A stretch of DNA of 64,000 nucleotides, taken from positions 1-64,000 of the forward strand of contig NMRA01000694.1 of the NCBI GenBank assembly GCA_002633005.1, given 5' to 3'. The stretch's first letter is position 1; each line of letters starts with the position of its first letter. Positions 26,100-39,114 of this stretch are shown here, in pieces. The notes beneath the pieces were generated by a model. The model had not been told where the DNA came from, did no database searches, and saw only the letters and a list, made by a program, of their open reading frames with translations. Source of the DNA: Phoronis australis. Lineage: Eukaryota; Animalia; Phoronida. Position numbers and translations under genes: made by a program.

Positions 26100-27070
26100 A
26101 TTTTTCACGCTTTCCACTCTATCGTCCTAATTCTTGAATGCATTTTCATGGAACTTGGCAGATAGGTTTCCATTATGAAGAAAACGGCACCTTTCCATTT
26201 CCAGATGTCTTTGGTTATTCTGCACCACCTAGTGGTCATTTTTAAAACTTTTCAAGTCAGGTTTTTGATAAACCGCTTGAAGGATCATGAAAAATGAGGA
26301 GACTGCAATTGAGGTTTATTTTCGTAGATGTTCGACTATTCTTACTTCCTAGATCCTCTGTTTTTTTGCATCCTTAACCCTTTTCAAGATTGTTGTGAAA
26401 TTTGGCTGATGTGTTCCTGTGGACGACGAGTTTAAGTCCAATCTGTTGGTTGGTGTGCTGCCTAGTCGCAATTCTATTTTTACATTTTCTTGAGTTGTGT
26501 GTCTTTACAATTCATGGAAAATCTGATGTATTTGCATGAAACTTTACAAATAGGTTTCTATTTAAGGGTGCCAACAATGTCTTCTTAGTGGGCATTTTTA
26601 ACAGTTTTTAGTCCATTTTGGCCTCCGCCTATATATCTACCAAATTATTTGAAAAATCATTTTGGAAATTGGAAGATCTGTTTCTGATGAGAAGGCCGTG
26701 ACTGACATTAATATTCGGTTAGACTCGACTACTCAGGTGCCCGCTGGTGGCATTTTTTGCATGTGTGTACCGTGTCTCGTTAACCCTCTTTAGGATCATT
26801 GTCAAATTTGGTGGATGTGTTTCTATGGAGCTGACAACATATTATCAGACCCTTTGGACTGCCCCAGTGTGCCTCTAGTGGCAGTTTTATTTTTTTACAG
26901 TTCTCGCTATGGCTGTACCACCCTGTGGCAATTTGCCTTTTGTGTCTTCACAGTTCATTGGCAGTTGTGATTAAAATTAGGGAAACAAGTTAGTGTTATG
27001 GCGATAGCATCTTTGCATTTAAATGGATTTGATGTGTCCTGCACCACTTAATGGTCATTTTTATTGCCGA
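26100..27070 (+). repeat. Dispersed old repeat family with recurring ccacctagtgg/ctagtggca units (Helentron-like central repeats)
   Basis: Related degenerate units at ~31985-32600 (+), ~53330-54700 (-) and ~63150-64000 (-). Boundaries approximate. Confidence 0.45.
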
Positions 27071-28743
27071 TAAACAACTTAGAAGCACACTGCTTGCATT
27101 GCAGTCGTGAGTGCATGCATTTCAATTCTGTCTGTTGCTCAGCTCAGTTCTCTATCTCTGCTTACGAGGAGAGTTTTATGAATTACATATATGATTGGGC
27201 AGCCTTGTCATGCAGAAGTATATTTATTAGTACTTATTGCTGAACTGTTTTATCATCTGTGTTGTAGGTTAAGTGCTCCTCAGCAGAAGGCGGTACATTT
27301 CATGGTTCTTCGAAGATTTCCGGTACATCTACCTCACGTTTGTATTTATGCCTTTTTCTTTCAAATACTGTGTGGGAGGTTGTCTTCTTAACAATAAACT
27401 ATGGCTCATGGAGCGTTGCATTAGTTAATGCTAATTATAAGATCTCAGATTGTATGATATAAACCCTTAAGTTATCAAAAATAGGTATAGCTTCTTTAAA
27501 TTTCTCCCTATGTATATGTAAATATTATTGTAAAATTGATTACTTGATTATTTTGTAAACAAAATTTTGTGTTGGAGGGACACATAACTAAGTGTTAAAA
27601 TCTTGCATATTTTATTTAGAATCTCTGTTGTACCTATCATACTTGGTATTTAGCGCTGTTATTTGTGACTAAGTGTACACACTTACTATGTATATATGTT
27701 TTGTAAATATGCTTTTTTGCAAAAATAAAAGTTGAAAATTTTGAAAAGATCCCAGGTTTTGAAAGTTGAAACATACGCTGCTGTAACGTATCTTTGAGAC
27801 GTGCAATTTCAGTTTTCAACTTAATTTGTTAGAAGTATCAGTGTTGGTTATACTTTGTCCAAAAGTAGGTGGATACATAAGCTTGGCAATGTGATTGGAT
27901 CATACTCAGCGTTCCTCTATCTCTTCAAGCCAGTTTGGTGCCATTATGTCTCATACTACATGAATAGTGGCCTTAGTTGACGTAAAGCTCCCTTAGTTTT
28001 TTGATCTGTCACTGCTTCATTTTGGTCTGAATGTTCTTTAATTCCTAATCTAACAGTCAATTTTCATCATACTTAACTATATGTCGGTGCCAAATTTCAG
28101 ATGCTGTAAGTTTGTCAAATCCATCGTTGTTAGGCAAAAGAAAATCTGCCGTTGTCATGGACACAGAAGCTGGTATTATTCCACCTAAGGTTTGTAAAAA
28201 TGAAATTATGAAGTTGTCAGCTAGTGAAAATAAACCAAGTGACTTGAGTGACTAACAGAATATTTATTGTACGTTTAACAACTGTGTAATCCCAGCCGTG
28301 AGTTTAAGCCAGACTACGATAAGCAGCAACTACCCTGTAGTCATTTTAGAAGACCCAACTTCATGTTAAATTATGCTTTCCTTCATATAATATCATATTG
28401 TATAACAAGGAGTGGTTGTTAACGACTCAAAGGGAGATAATATGGAGACAATTCGCTGTAATGTGTTCTTGTGCATAGTAAATGGTGCAAGCTGAATTGG
28501 TTCCATGATTTTCAGTAGTTGTCACTTTTTGTTGGTTATACACTTTATATTCCTTCAAAGCACGACAATAAAGTCATTTTCTGATTCTTTTTGTATAACC
28601 TTTCTTGCATATGAAGTGAGCCAGTTCATTGCTGCAAGTGAAGCAGAGAAATAGAACCCATTTATATTTTTTGTCTTTCTGACTTATAAAAAATGAAGAG
28701 TTTGCATTACTCCCCCAAACATTAAAATCTTTTATTATTTCAG

Positions 28744-28792
28744 ATTCCTGAGGGACTGGCCTCAACCAGCACTGATCCTTCCATGGACACAG
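28744..28792 (+). CDS. ROCO-protease exon 3 (linker, IPEGLASTSTDPSMDT)
   Basis: Acceptor tttattatttcag, donor CAG|gtatgt. Phase 0 in and phase 1 out, which bridges exons 2 and 4 exactly. Confidence 0.7.
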
Positions 28793-28879
28793 GTATGTAG
28801 TCTTATTCTATTCTTTAGTTGTTATGACCTTTTGTTATGTCTTGCATAATGTCAAGGTTGAAAGGCTGCTCAAGTGTTT

Positions 28880-30640
28880 TGTTTGTATACCGAATTTAGT
28901 GACACATCAGTGGATGAGATGTGACTTAACTTTTATTTGTATATTGAATGTAGTAACACATCAGTGGATGAGATATGACTTAACCTTTATTTGTATACTG
29001 AATGTAATGACAATCAATCTGGAAACCTCCCAGCCAACTGGGGTGTCTTCCGATCACGCTACCCTCATCATGTGGTGATCTGGTCTTTCGTACCTGGCCA
29101 CGCCGGTGTCTTTATTAATGAGCGTGCAGATTACCTCGCTGGCTCATGCACCACCAACCAACCCCTCTACTTATATTCGGCTGACGTTAAGCTGCTGGCT
29201 CGCAAACGCAACCACGAGCAGACTGCATCCCAGCTGGCTGAGTTCAATGATGGCAGCCGCCTGCTCGAAGCCGGTATTATTTATGGCCATGCTGCGAAGA
29301 GTCACAAGAAGGGCCATGCCCGAGTGCTGTCTAATCAAATGCTTACAGGCAACGTCAGCCCTGGAGTTCTGCGCCTTCTGCTGATGGTCTGGGGAGGGGA
29401 TTAATGCACCAGCATATCCCCAATGATCCTGTCCGTGACAGGTATTACAGGTATTACAGGTATCGAATGTAATGACACATAGTGGATGAGATGTGACTTA
29501 ACTTTTATTTTTATACTGAATGCAGTGACATATCAGTGAATGAGATATGACTTAACTTTTATTTGTATATTGAATGTAGTAACACATCAGTGGATGAGAT
29601 ATGACTTAACCTTTATTTGTATACTGAATGAGGTGACACATCAGTGGATGAGATATGACTTAACTTTTATTTGTATACACATCAGTGCCACATCAGTGAA
29701 TGAGATATGACTTAACCTTTATTTGTATACTGAATGCAGTGACATATCAGTGAATGAGATATGACTTAACTTTTATTTGTATACTGAATGTAGTGACAAT
29801 CAGTGGATGAGATGTGACTTAACCTTTATTTGTATACTGAATGTAGGGACACATCAGTGAATGAGATGTGACTTAACATTTATTTGTATACTGAATGCAG
29901 TGACACATCAGTGAATGAGATATGACTTAACATTTATTTGTATACTGAATGTAGGGACATATCAGTGGATGAGATGTGACTTAACCTTTATTTGTATACT
30001 GAATGCAGTGACACATCAGTGGATAAGATGTGACTTAACTTTTATTTGTATACTGAATGTAGTGACAATCAGTGGATGAGATGTGACTTAACCTTTATTT
30101 GTAAATTGAATGTAGTGACACTTCAGTGGATCAGATGTGACTTAACCTTTATTTGTATACTGAAAGGAGTGCCACATCAGTGAATGAGATATGACTTAAC
30201 TTTTATTTTTATACTGAATGCACCTACACATCAGTGAATGAGATATGACTTAACCTTTATTTGTATACTGAATGCAGTGACATATCAGTGAATGAGATAT
30301 GACTTAACATTTATTTGTATACTGAATGTAGGGACATATTAGTGGATGAGATGTGACTTAACTTTTATTTTTATACTGAATGCAGTGACACATCAGTGAA
30401 TGAGATATGACTTAACTTTTATTTGTATACTGAATGTAGGAACACATCAGTGGATGAGATGTGACCTAACCTTTATTTGTATACTGAATGTAGGGACACA
30501 TCAGTGAATGAGATATGACAACCTTTATTTGTATACTGAATGCAGTGACATATCAGTGAATGAGATATGACTTAACTTTTATTTGTATACTGAATGTAGG
30601 GACACATCAGTGGATGAGATGTGACTTAACCTTTATTTCA
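28880..30640. repeat. ~51-bp intronic tandem satellite (gtgacacatcagtggatgagatatgacttaacttttatttgtatactgaatgta-like)
   Basis: About 25 tandem copies, interrupted by a LINE fragment at 29013-29464. Confidence 0.95.
29013..29464 (+). mobile_element. 5'-truncated non-LTR retrotransposon with C-terminal RNase H remnant
   Basis: ORF with WSFVPGHAGVFINERADYLA (RNase H C-terminal motif), a (caggtatta)n tail, and a 13-bp TSD gaatgtaatgaca at 29000-29012 and 29465-29477. Confidence 0.85.
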
Positions 30641-30989
30641 TTTGACTGCTGCTCAAACATTATCATTTCTAATAAAAGCTCAGCGTGTTGTGCTCTGTTG
30701 AATGCAAGAAATAGCATGATTCACTGTCATCATCTCAAAATACCAAATGTTGCCAGTACAGGGTTGGGTGTAAATATAGTATGGTCTATGAGTGAATAAA
30801 ACAGTTTTGCAAGTGTTGCTGACTTAAAATAAATTCATGAAATTCTGTAGATAAATAATGTTTTTGTCAAATGACACAAAATAAAACACTTGAAAATTGT
30901 GTTGTAGTTCTGTCAACTTCCTGAGTAGCTCCTTTGTATTTACTATAGTTTTGTAACTAAATAGTGCATTCTCTCTTTGTTGCTTACAG

Positions 30990-31199
30990 CGACACCAGTT
31001 GGACGAAAGTATGGGCCAGCTCGACAAGCTGGCAAGGATACATTGTCTGGACGTTTTCAGAGCTGTTTGGCCAAGGCTTACTCATCTGTCGCCAAGGTTA
31101 CGTGGTCAGATGGCAAGAGTGGGTCTGGATTTCGTGTAGGAACACGATACTTAATGACAAACTACCATGTAGTGCAAGAAGAACCAGCCACTACGCCTG
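30990..31199 (+). CDS. ROCO-protease exon 4: protease N-terminus with catalytic His (SVAKV...GSGFRVGTRYLMTNYHVV)
   Basis: Acceptor ctctctttgttgcttacag, donor CTG|gtaagt, phase 1/1. Trypsin_2/FAM111-type GxGF...xTNxHV motif; His codon 31166-31168. Confidence 0.88.
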
Positions 31200-31770
31200 G
31201 TAAGTTTTGTAAATAGGGTCGAACTTATAGTTCTATATAAGAACCAACTACACTGGCCACTACACTTGGTTAGTTTAGTGCATAGGTAACTTAGTTGTAT
31301 GTAAGAACCTCTGGCCACTGCACTTTGTTAACTTAGTTCTATGTGAGCACCACTGGCAGCTATACCTTGCTAGTTTGGTTAACAGTCTCAGACTTAGTTC
31401 TATGTAAGCACCACTGCCAGCTATACCTTGCTAGTTTGGTAAACAGTCTCAGACTTAGTTCTATGTAAGCACCACTGGCAGCTATACCTTGCTAGTTTGG
31501 TAAACAGCCTCAGACTTAGTTCTATGTAAGCACCACTGGCAGCTATACCTTGCTAGTTTGGTAAACAGTCTCAGACTTAGTTCTATGTAAGCATCACTGG
31601 TTGCTATACCATGCTAGTTTAGTTAACAATCTCAGTCTTAGGTCTATGTAAGAACCACTGGCCACTACACTTTGTTAGTTTAGTAAATAGTGTCTGACTT
31701 AGTTTTATGTAAGATCACTGGCCGCCCCTCTTAGTTTAGTAAAGAGTCTCACACTTAGTTTTATGTAAGA
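31180..31770. repeat. ~61-bp minisatellite beginning at the exon 4 donor
   Basis: Unit accactggcagctataccttgctagtttggtaaacagtctcagacttagttctatgtaagc, ~9 copies, the central ones near-identical. Confidence 0.9.
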
Positions 31771-34700
31771 CTTTGACATTAGGGTACCAGAACTTATTAA
31801 GTTGGAGTTGGATTTTATATCGGTGGTGAGTTTATGTTTGCGAATGATTTAGGTGCCAACTTTGATTGTCGTGGTAGAATCTCAACTCTCAAAAAATTGA
31901 CAATTTGTGGTCAAAACTAATTAGTGGTGTGGGTATTAGTAGTTACACAAAAGAGTCATTCTTACATTCAAAGTTATCTTCATTATTTTATTTTTCACCC
32001 ACATAATTGTACGTGGTCGCACATTGCCGTCATCTCTGTGGCAGTGTCCAGTGTCCAGCATCCGCTGCTGTATTTTCTAAACCCCTACAGGATGATGAGA
32101 TTTGGCAGACATGTTCCTATGAAGCTGATGACGAATGACGTCAAATTTCGGAGCTCTCCGACCACAGCAGGTGTGCTTCCTAGTGGCAATTATAGTTTTT
32201 TACGCTTACCTCTGTATCTTCGGAAGTTGTCAACAAATTTTCATAAAAGTTGGCAGTTATGCATGTATTAGTGAGATGACACTATCCTCTGTTTTCGAAT
32301 GGATTCAACTGGTGGCCATTTTTGCTGTTTTCGAGTCGTTTTTTGGCGACCACCCTTCTATCAATCAAACTGCTCTGAAAATTGGCATATAATTATGTTC
32401 TTACTATGAGGTGGGTGGTAGATGATGATTTTTCCGACGACTTTAACTACTGTGGCGCCTCATTGTGGCAGTTTCGTTTGTTTTTGCGCCCATGGCTGTA
32501 TCTCCTAAATGCTCTACACGATCTTTATTGAATGTTACTGTTGTATTTATTGGAAGTTGAAAGCAGAGTACGACGACTTTCGAATGGATAACGACCTTAA
32601 TTACAAGTCTTTGTATTAATAGCCAAATATCTTTAAACTATAGATTTCATCTCGGTAAAAACATATATTTTCTGAAAGTAGAATTCCTTTAAAATTTCGT
32701 CTGGCTTTTTACCGATTTGCATAAAATTGGGTCACATTACCATGTCTTTTCAGTAAAACGGATTGAAAAAGAAACAACAATATCAATAAGATGATAAAAT
32801 TTTGTTTGATTTCATTGTTCAAGATGAGATCTCAAAAACGTTAGTTTCTGAATTATTGTTTCGTTTTGCTGAACTTCGGAAGTTTTATTGCAAGTCATTA
32901 AAGTCCTATTGTTTGATAACATCTCATGCAAAAGTGCGACACTTCCTAACAGCATTTTGGACAACAGTGGCTTGTCATCTGAAAGTTACTATGAATCCAG
33001 TGATCCATTTGGTGGATATGAAGTGTGAACGTTTAGCTACATTTTGGAATTTTTACAGGGTCCTACAAAACTTTAAGGTGCATTAAATTAAAATTTGATG
33101 ATTATACATGTGTCATCAACATATTGGCTTTATAATGTTTAAGTCATTTTATAGCTGTTTTGAAATTTATAGATTTTACTCCACGTGTTTCACTTTCGAT
33201 TGTCTCCTGTTGCCGGATACTAGAGCAGGTTTTCTTAAAGAGACATGAGTGTAAACACGCGTATATGTGGTTAGACAGAGACACAAACAATACAACAATA
33301 CATCTGTGAACTGGATATTGGCATGCATGGTTCTATGACTTGTCACAAGATTACAGGTGGCAGAATGAGCCTGATGACCCTACTCTGTGGGTTAAATTTC
33401 CCGGTTTTGGTGATCGGGAACCGCAGTATCCTTATCTGTTGGAAAGTGATAGTGAGGGGAAAAAGTTGGCAAACCGATGTTTACATAGTCCACCGCTCTC
33501 ATTGTCTCCATTCATATGACAAGCTCATGTAATCCGGGATTAAAGTTGTTAATGTACAGTGTGCCTGACACTTGCTTTTAAACATTATCTGCTACTTACT
33601 TTCAACAAATGTCGTAAAGATGAGTTTTTTTCAAAACACGATCACCAAACAAATTTTGAATTAATAAAAACGGTCGACTTTCTGAGAAATTAGGCTTAAC
33701 TTTCATTTGTCGGTGTGGGTGTAAGGCCTGGAGGCCTGCTCCAACTGGTTTTGAATTAATCCACTTAATACAGTTATTAAATACTAGCAAGTTTGTATAT
33801 ACATGTGTTTACTCAAGTTGGAAAATGATATCTAAGCTGACAACTTAACGAACAAGTTGAACATGTCAGGCTTGTTGTTTTATTACACTCTTTCACAGTG
33901 ACGTATAGGTGGCGCTGTGTCAGAGGATAGTCATTTTATGTGCTGAAAGCAATTTGTCTGGAAATAATCTAAGGCAAAGTTTGATTTACTCCTGTTGTAA
34001 CCAGTCAGTTACAACTGTGTTCTGTGATTAAAGACAGCTTTAAATGAGGCTTCAGTTGTTGTGAAACAATGACTGAATTTATCGGAGATGGCACTCAAGT
34101 TTTTAGCATCAAATTGCAAGTTAACTTTTTGTCAGGTCTGTTGCATGACTCTCAAGACGGGCATTTGGTCACGAAGCTGTACATGTTGTGAATAGGAGTT
34201 TTAGTCATTTTTGGAACCACTCTGACTTATTCAGGCTTTGAATTAATATCTGAATTATTTTGCTTGTTTTTGTGCTGCATATCACTGAAATATACCACTG
34301 TTAAGGATGGATAGTACTTGATATTGTGCTATGTACCACTGTTGAGGATGGAGCGTACTTGATATTGTGCTATGTACCACTGTTAAGGATGGATAGTACT
34401 TGATATTGTGCTATGTACCACTGTTGAGGACGGAGCGTACTTGATATTGTGCTTTATACCACTGTTAAGGATGGAGAGTACTTGATATTGTGCTATATAC
34501 CACTGTTAAGGATGGAGAGTACTTGATGTTGTGCTATGTACCACTGTTGAGGATGGAGCGTACTTGATATTGTGCTAGATACCACTGTTGAGGATGGAGA
34601 GTACTTGATATTGTGATATATACCACTGTTGATAATGGAGAGTAGTTGATATTGTGCTATATACCACTGTTGAGGATGGAGGGTACTTGATATTGTGCTA

Positions 34701-34775
34701 TATACCACTGATGAGGATGGAGAGTACTTGATATTGTGCTATATACCACAGATTGTTAAGGATGGAAAGTAATGG

Positions 34776-36961
34776 CAGGGCTCCACATAACGAGCTGCAG
34801 GTCGCATATTTGCGACCTGAAATTTGGAAATGCGAGCTGAGATTTTTGTCAGCTCGTATCAAGTCGCAAAATGCGACCTGGAATTTCCAACGAATGCGAG
34901 CTGAGTTTTTACACTTCTCAACAGATACCTGGCAAATACAAAGCAGCTCTTGTTTATCGGACCGTTATTTGGTCGCTGCCAAATCCAAGTTCAAAACAAC
35001 ACTAAGGGGGACAGCCCTCCCGATGACTTGTAAGCAAGTCGTGTGAACATGGGATATGCAGTATCGATCTTCGACGCGTATCATTGGCTAACTCTTTCGG
35101 CCACTTATGTAAATTCCCGGATTCGCCGAAGAAAGTTTCGGGCCACTGCTTAACACGTGATAAAACTTCACAAAACAACAGTGTTTCTACTAATTCTTAA
35201 GCGATTAACGTACCAAACTTTGTGGTGGACAAAAATGTTTATTTTTCACATAAGATGTCCTTATTATATGTACCAAATATCCACGACATTATCCCTGATA
35301 CCGCACTGCGGCACCGTTAGCGCGCAAGCGGTCCCGGAACACAATCGTGACTTAGACTGAGATGTGCTTCTGCTTTTTATCGTATTAAGACAGCCAAAGT
35401 GAAAATGACAACCTTATTAATCGCCAAACGACGGTCACGTCTTTACTTTCAGTTGCCAAGAAATTCTCAAACCCCTTACTTGTTTCTGGGGCTACGTGCG
35501 CGAAATATGATTTGTCTTTCACCCGTTCCTTGCCAACGTAAAGTGTAGGCCTACTCCAGCAATTCAAGTGCGTGAACTCACGCGCGCGCTCCACTTCAAA
35601 GAACAGCGACTGCCCTAAATGAAGAGTATACCGGCTTGGCTCTGGTTTATTTGAAAATAAACTCAGATTCCCAGCGGTTATAAAAGACCCGATGTACCGG
35701 ACCCGGCGATATAACCCCGAGAACTGACTATTCCTGCTCTGATGTTTCCCGAGGTCGATGTTCTGTAAATCCTGTATTCTATGCTCGTAGCCAGTTATTG
35801 CAACTAAACTGGCACTAGATGCGAAATTGTGGTTCAAGTTAGCGAACTTTTCATTCTTCTCTTTATACACCCCCCTCCCCCCGGCAACTTTTCGCTCCCC
35901 GAACCACCGTCGCCGTAAAATGTTCAGACTCCTATAGAAACAACATTGTTCCGGCTGAAGCGGGCAGTTAAAAACAAAATCATTCGGTTAGCGAAAAAGG
36001 GTACAATGTAGGTGGTAACGATATCCAGAAGTCGCCCCTACGAGATGGAGTTTGCCTCGCAAAATCGTATTATTATAATGTTTCTTACCATTGCAGCGTT
36101 TTAATATCTTATTACCGCAAACACTGAGGTTAACGACTATGCTCACGCACAAGCTTACTGCCTACCTTTAAAGTGTTTCATAATAAGCGCTCACTGATCT
36201 ATTAAAAGTCCCCCCTTAATTTTTTTTGAGAATTTCCAATGAAGCGCCCACAGTTCAAGCTAGCGCCCATCATAGCGCACTACAAACGACTGCGTGTGAT
36301 TTAAAATTGTCACACAGCTTATATGGTGTGTCACTTTCATTTTACACAACTTCACAGTTTTCAAAAACGTCTTTTCACAATATGTAAAAACCAAATCCTG
36401 CCTTTGTTTGATACCTCGGAAAGAAAGTTAACACTAGTGACATGCGTGTCGTTTTGTGACTGACCTATTTTTCCCGTACTTGGAAGGTATTGCGGAGCAA
36501 ACTCGCCATTACCCGAGTTAGTTTGAATCATTAACTACTTTGATGACAACCAGTAGCAGGCCAGATCTAAAAATATCCCGGATACTTCAACAGGCATTTT
36601 CTCCCTTTTCACATCGCAAGTTTAGCAACTCGAATGCACAAGTCAGTTAGAGAGCACTGATTCAACTTTCCCGTCGGCAACTTGCCTTGCGCTCTAGAGT
36701 CTTTCAAATGCGGTCGTGAAGAACAGTAAGGCCGTACCTGCATGAATGAAGTCAATTTTGAGATCCGAAATTTGTGAGTATTTAACGCTGCAAGTAAGAG
36801 CAATTTCTCGATGATCTAAAATTCTATTTTGGCGCGTAAAAATTGCGGGAAAATTTTGCGACCTGGCATTTACGAATGCGAGCTGGATTTTGAAAATGCG
36901 ACCTGGGATTTTGGCTAGGTCGCAAAATGCGACCTGGCGATTTTTATAACGTCGAGCCCTG
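34776..36961. mobile_element. Non-autonomous hAT-like element with 5-bp TSD
   Basis: CAGGGCTC...GAGCCCTG termini, aatgg duplicated on both sides, and tgcgacctg/tgcgagctg sub-terminal repeats at both ends. Confidence 0.8.
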
Positions 36962-37070
36962 AATGGATGTGCTATATACCACTGTTAAGGCTGGAGAGTT
37001 GTTGATATTGTGCTAGATACCACTGTTGAGGATGGAGAGTAGTTGATATTGTGGTACATACCACTGTTAA

Positions 37071-37930
37071 AGGGGAAGGCAATCTTTTTTTAGCAAAAAC
37101 AAGGTTCATTGATTATCCCAGACATATCTTTTAATTTAATTATAGCTTTTCACAATTTAATTACGTAGTAATTCGTCCTCTACTACGGAAGTGACGTTTT
37201 TGTTAGGCAAGAATTTTGCGCCAATTTCTTTTCATATAGTCTGACTGTGAAAGCTGGTGAGTCAGTCATGATTCTACCTCAGTTGTGACAAGTTCGGTCG
37301 TACTTTGCTTTTATTTACGTGTCGGACAACATGCCACACTGTTGCTGCGTACCAAGATGTACTCATTATCATCCAGAGCCTGTAAGCAGCCTGCTGCGAT
37401 GTTGATTAGTGGACGAGTGAAGAGGACAGTTTGTCGTCCAATGAACGGTGAGCGAAACATTGATAAGTTCATTGTGGACATGTCTAAAGTATTGGAGCTA
37501 TTTAGGAGGTGCCATGTGTGTGGCGAGGGAGTCACACGGCGGGATGTAAGCAGTTTGTGTGCTCAGGTAACCATCCCGTGGGAGTGTGTCGTGGGACACT
37601 CGGGCAAGTGGGACAGTTGTTTCTCTGTCCGCGAGATGATAATGAGTACATCCTTGCATGCAGCAACAGTGTGGCATGTTGACTGACTCGTAAACAAAAG
37701 CAAAAGGCGACCGAATTTATCACAATCCGAGGTAGAGCGATGTCTGACTCTGTAACTCACAGCCGGTCTATATGAAAAGAAATTGTCGCGAAATTCTTGC
37801 CTCCCAAAACGCCACTTCCGGAGTAGCAGACGAGTAATTGTTTAAATTATAAAAAGCTGTAGTTAACTGAAAATATGACTGGGATAATCAACGAACCTTA
37901 TTTTTGCTAAAAATGACATGAAAAAAGGTT
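37071..37930 (+). mobile_element. Internally deleted Kolobok-like element (fold-back)
   Basis: TTAA|AGG left end and ~300-bp imperfect inverted arms (37085-37380 vs 37640-37912). The core encodes FIVDMSKVLELFRRCHVC...WECVVGH..WDS, a Cys/His motif I recall from Kolobok transposases. Right terminus lost. Confidence 0.65.
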
Positions 37931-38377
37931 GGATGGAGAGTAGTTAAAATTGTGCTATATACCACTGTTAAGGATGGAGAGTTCTTGATATTGCGCTATA
38001 TACTACTGTTGAGGAAGGAGAGTTCTTGATATTGTGCTATATACCACTGTTGAGGAAGGAAAGTTCTTGATATTGTGCTATATACCACTGTTGAGGATGG
38101 AGAGTAGTTGATATTGTGCTATATACCACTGTTAAGAATGGAGAGTAGTTGATATTGTGCTATATACCACTGTTGAGGAAGGAGAGTACTTGATATTGTG
38201 CTATGTACCACTGTTAAAGATGGAGAGTAGTTGATATTTTGCTATATACCACTGTTGAGGAAGGAGAGTACTTGATATTGTGCTATATACCACGACTGTT
38301 AATGTAGGAGAGTTCTTGATGTTGTGCTATACTGTTGAGGATGGAAAGTACTAAATTAATGTGCTTTTCTGTTTCAG

Positions 38378-38682
38378 CTGAGGTTTCACATCGGCAGACC
38401 TTGCGATCCTGCCTATTCAATTTTGACCGACCCTACCAGCGTGGAGATGAGAGAGACTACAAAGATTTTCAATTTACCCTACACCCCGTAGTTGCCTATG
38501 ACCAGGAACTAGACTACGCCATTTTGGAGATGGACGTTGACAGTGCAAACCCACCGCCAGAACCACTAACTATGTTTAAGAAGATAGTTGGTCATGAGAA
38601 GATCTTCTTTGCAGGTCATCCAAGTGGACAGGCGAAGTTGGTGGACCCTGGGTGTAAAGTTGTCCATAAGACTGTGGCAGAG
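38378..38682 (+). CDS. ROCO-protease exon 5: catalytic Asp (ELDYAILEM) and FAGHPSGQAKLVDPGC
   Basis: Acceptor gcttttctgtttcag, phase 1 in. Donor GAG|gtttgt, phase 0 (an alternative phase-0 donor follows 38715). Resembles FAM111A LDYAVLKL and IIGHPYGEKKQIDAC; Asp codon 38512-38514. Confidence 0.88.
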
Positions 38683-39114
38683 GTTTGTGGCAACAGTGAA
38701 TGTACAGCAAACTGGGTGAATGAACTGAAAAGTTGTTAATGAAACCAAATTGCTCTATTTTCTACGATGCTTTACTTGAATTGAGTCTTCAATTTGTATA
38801 TTCTGATTTACTGTTTGGGTTACTAATTTCAATCTTGTTAACAAACAACATATAATATCAATAGAAAAGTACTAAACATTGTGTTATTGGATAACTTTTG
38901 TAATCATTTTATTCAGACTACAGAACATGACCTCGTAAAGACTTAATTGACAAAATGAGCACATTTTAAAAAAATAATGTGATTTGAAACGATAATTAGT
39001 TATTTTTTAATTGAATGTCAGTATTGAAAGTTTTGACATTTTCTAAACTTACACACATACACTTTGGTAGTGTGACACACTCGGAATCTTTCCATTACAT
39101 GGTTGTCACTTCCA

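Larger units (their letters stand above)
34290..38350. repeat. ~41-bp intronic satellite (ataccactgttgaggatggagagtacttgatattgtgctat), split by two transposon insertions
   Basis: Arrays at 34290-34770, 36967-37070 and 37930-38350; it ends just before the exon 5 acceptor. Confidence 0.95.

Noticed and set aside
27268-27340. Possible extra exon of the ROCO-protease (VKCSSAEGGTFHGSSKISG) after tgtgttgtag
   Set aside because: The plausible donors give phase 1 whereas phase 0 is needed, and exons 2 and 3 already join in frame without it.
28880-38350. Regular short repeats resembling a CRISPR array
   Set aside because: The units are head-to-tail with no unique spacers, lie in eukaryotic introns, and have no cas genes nearby; they are satellites.
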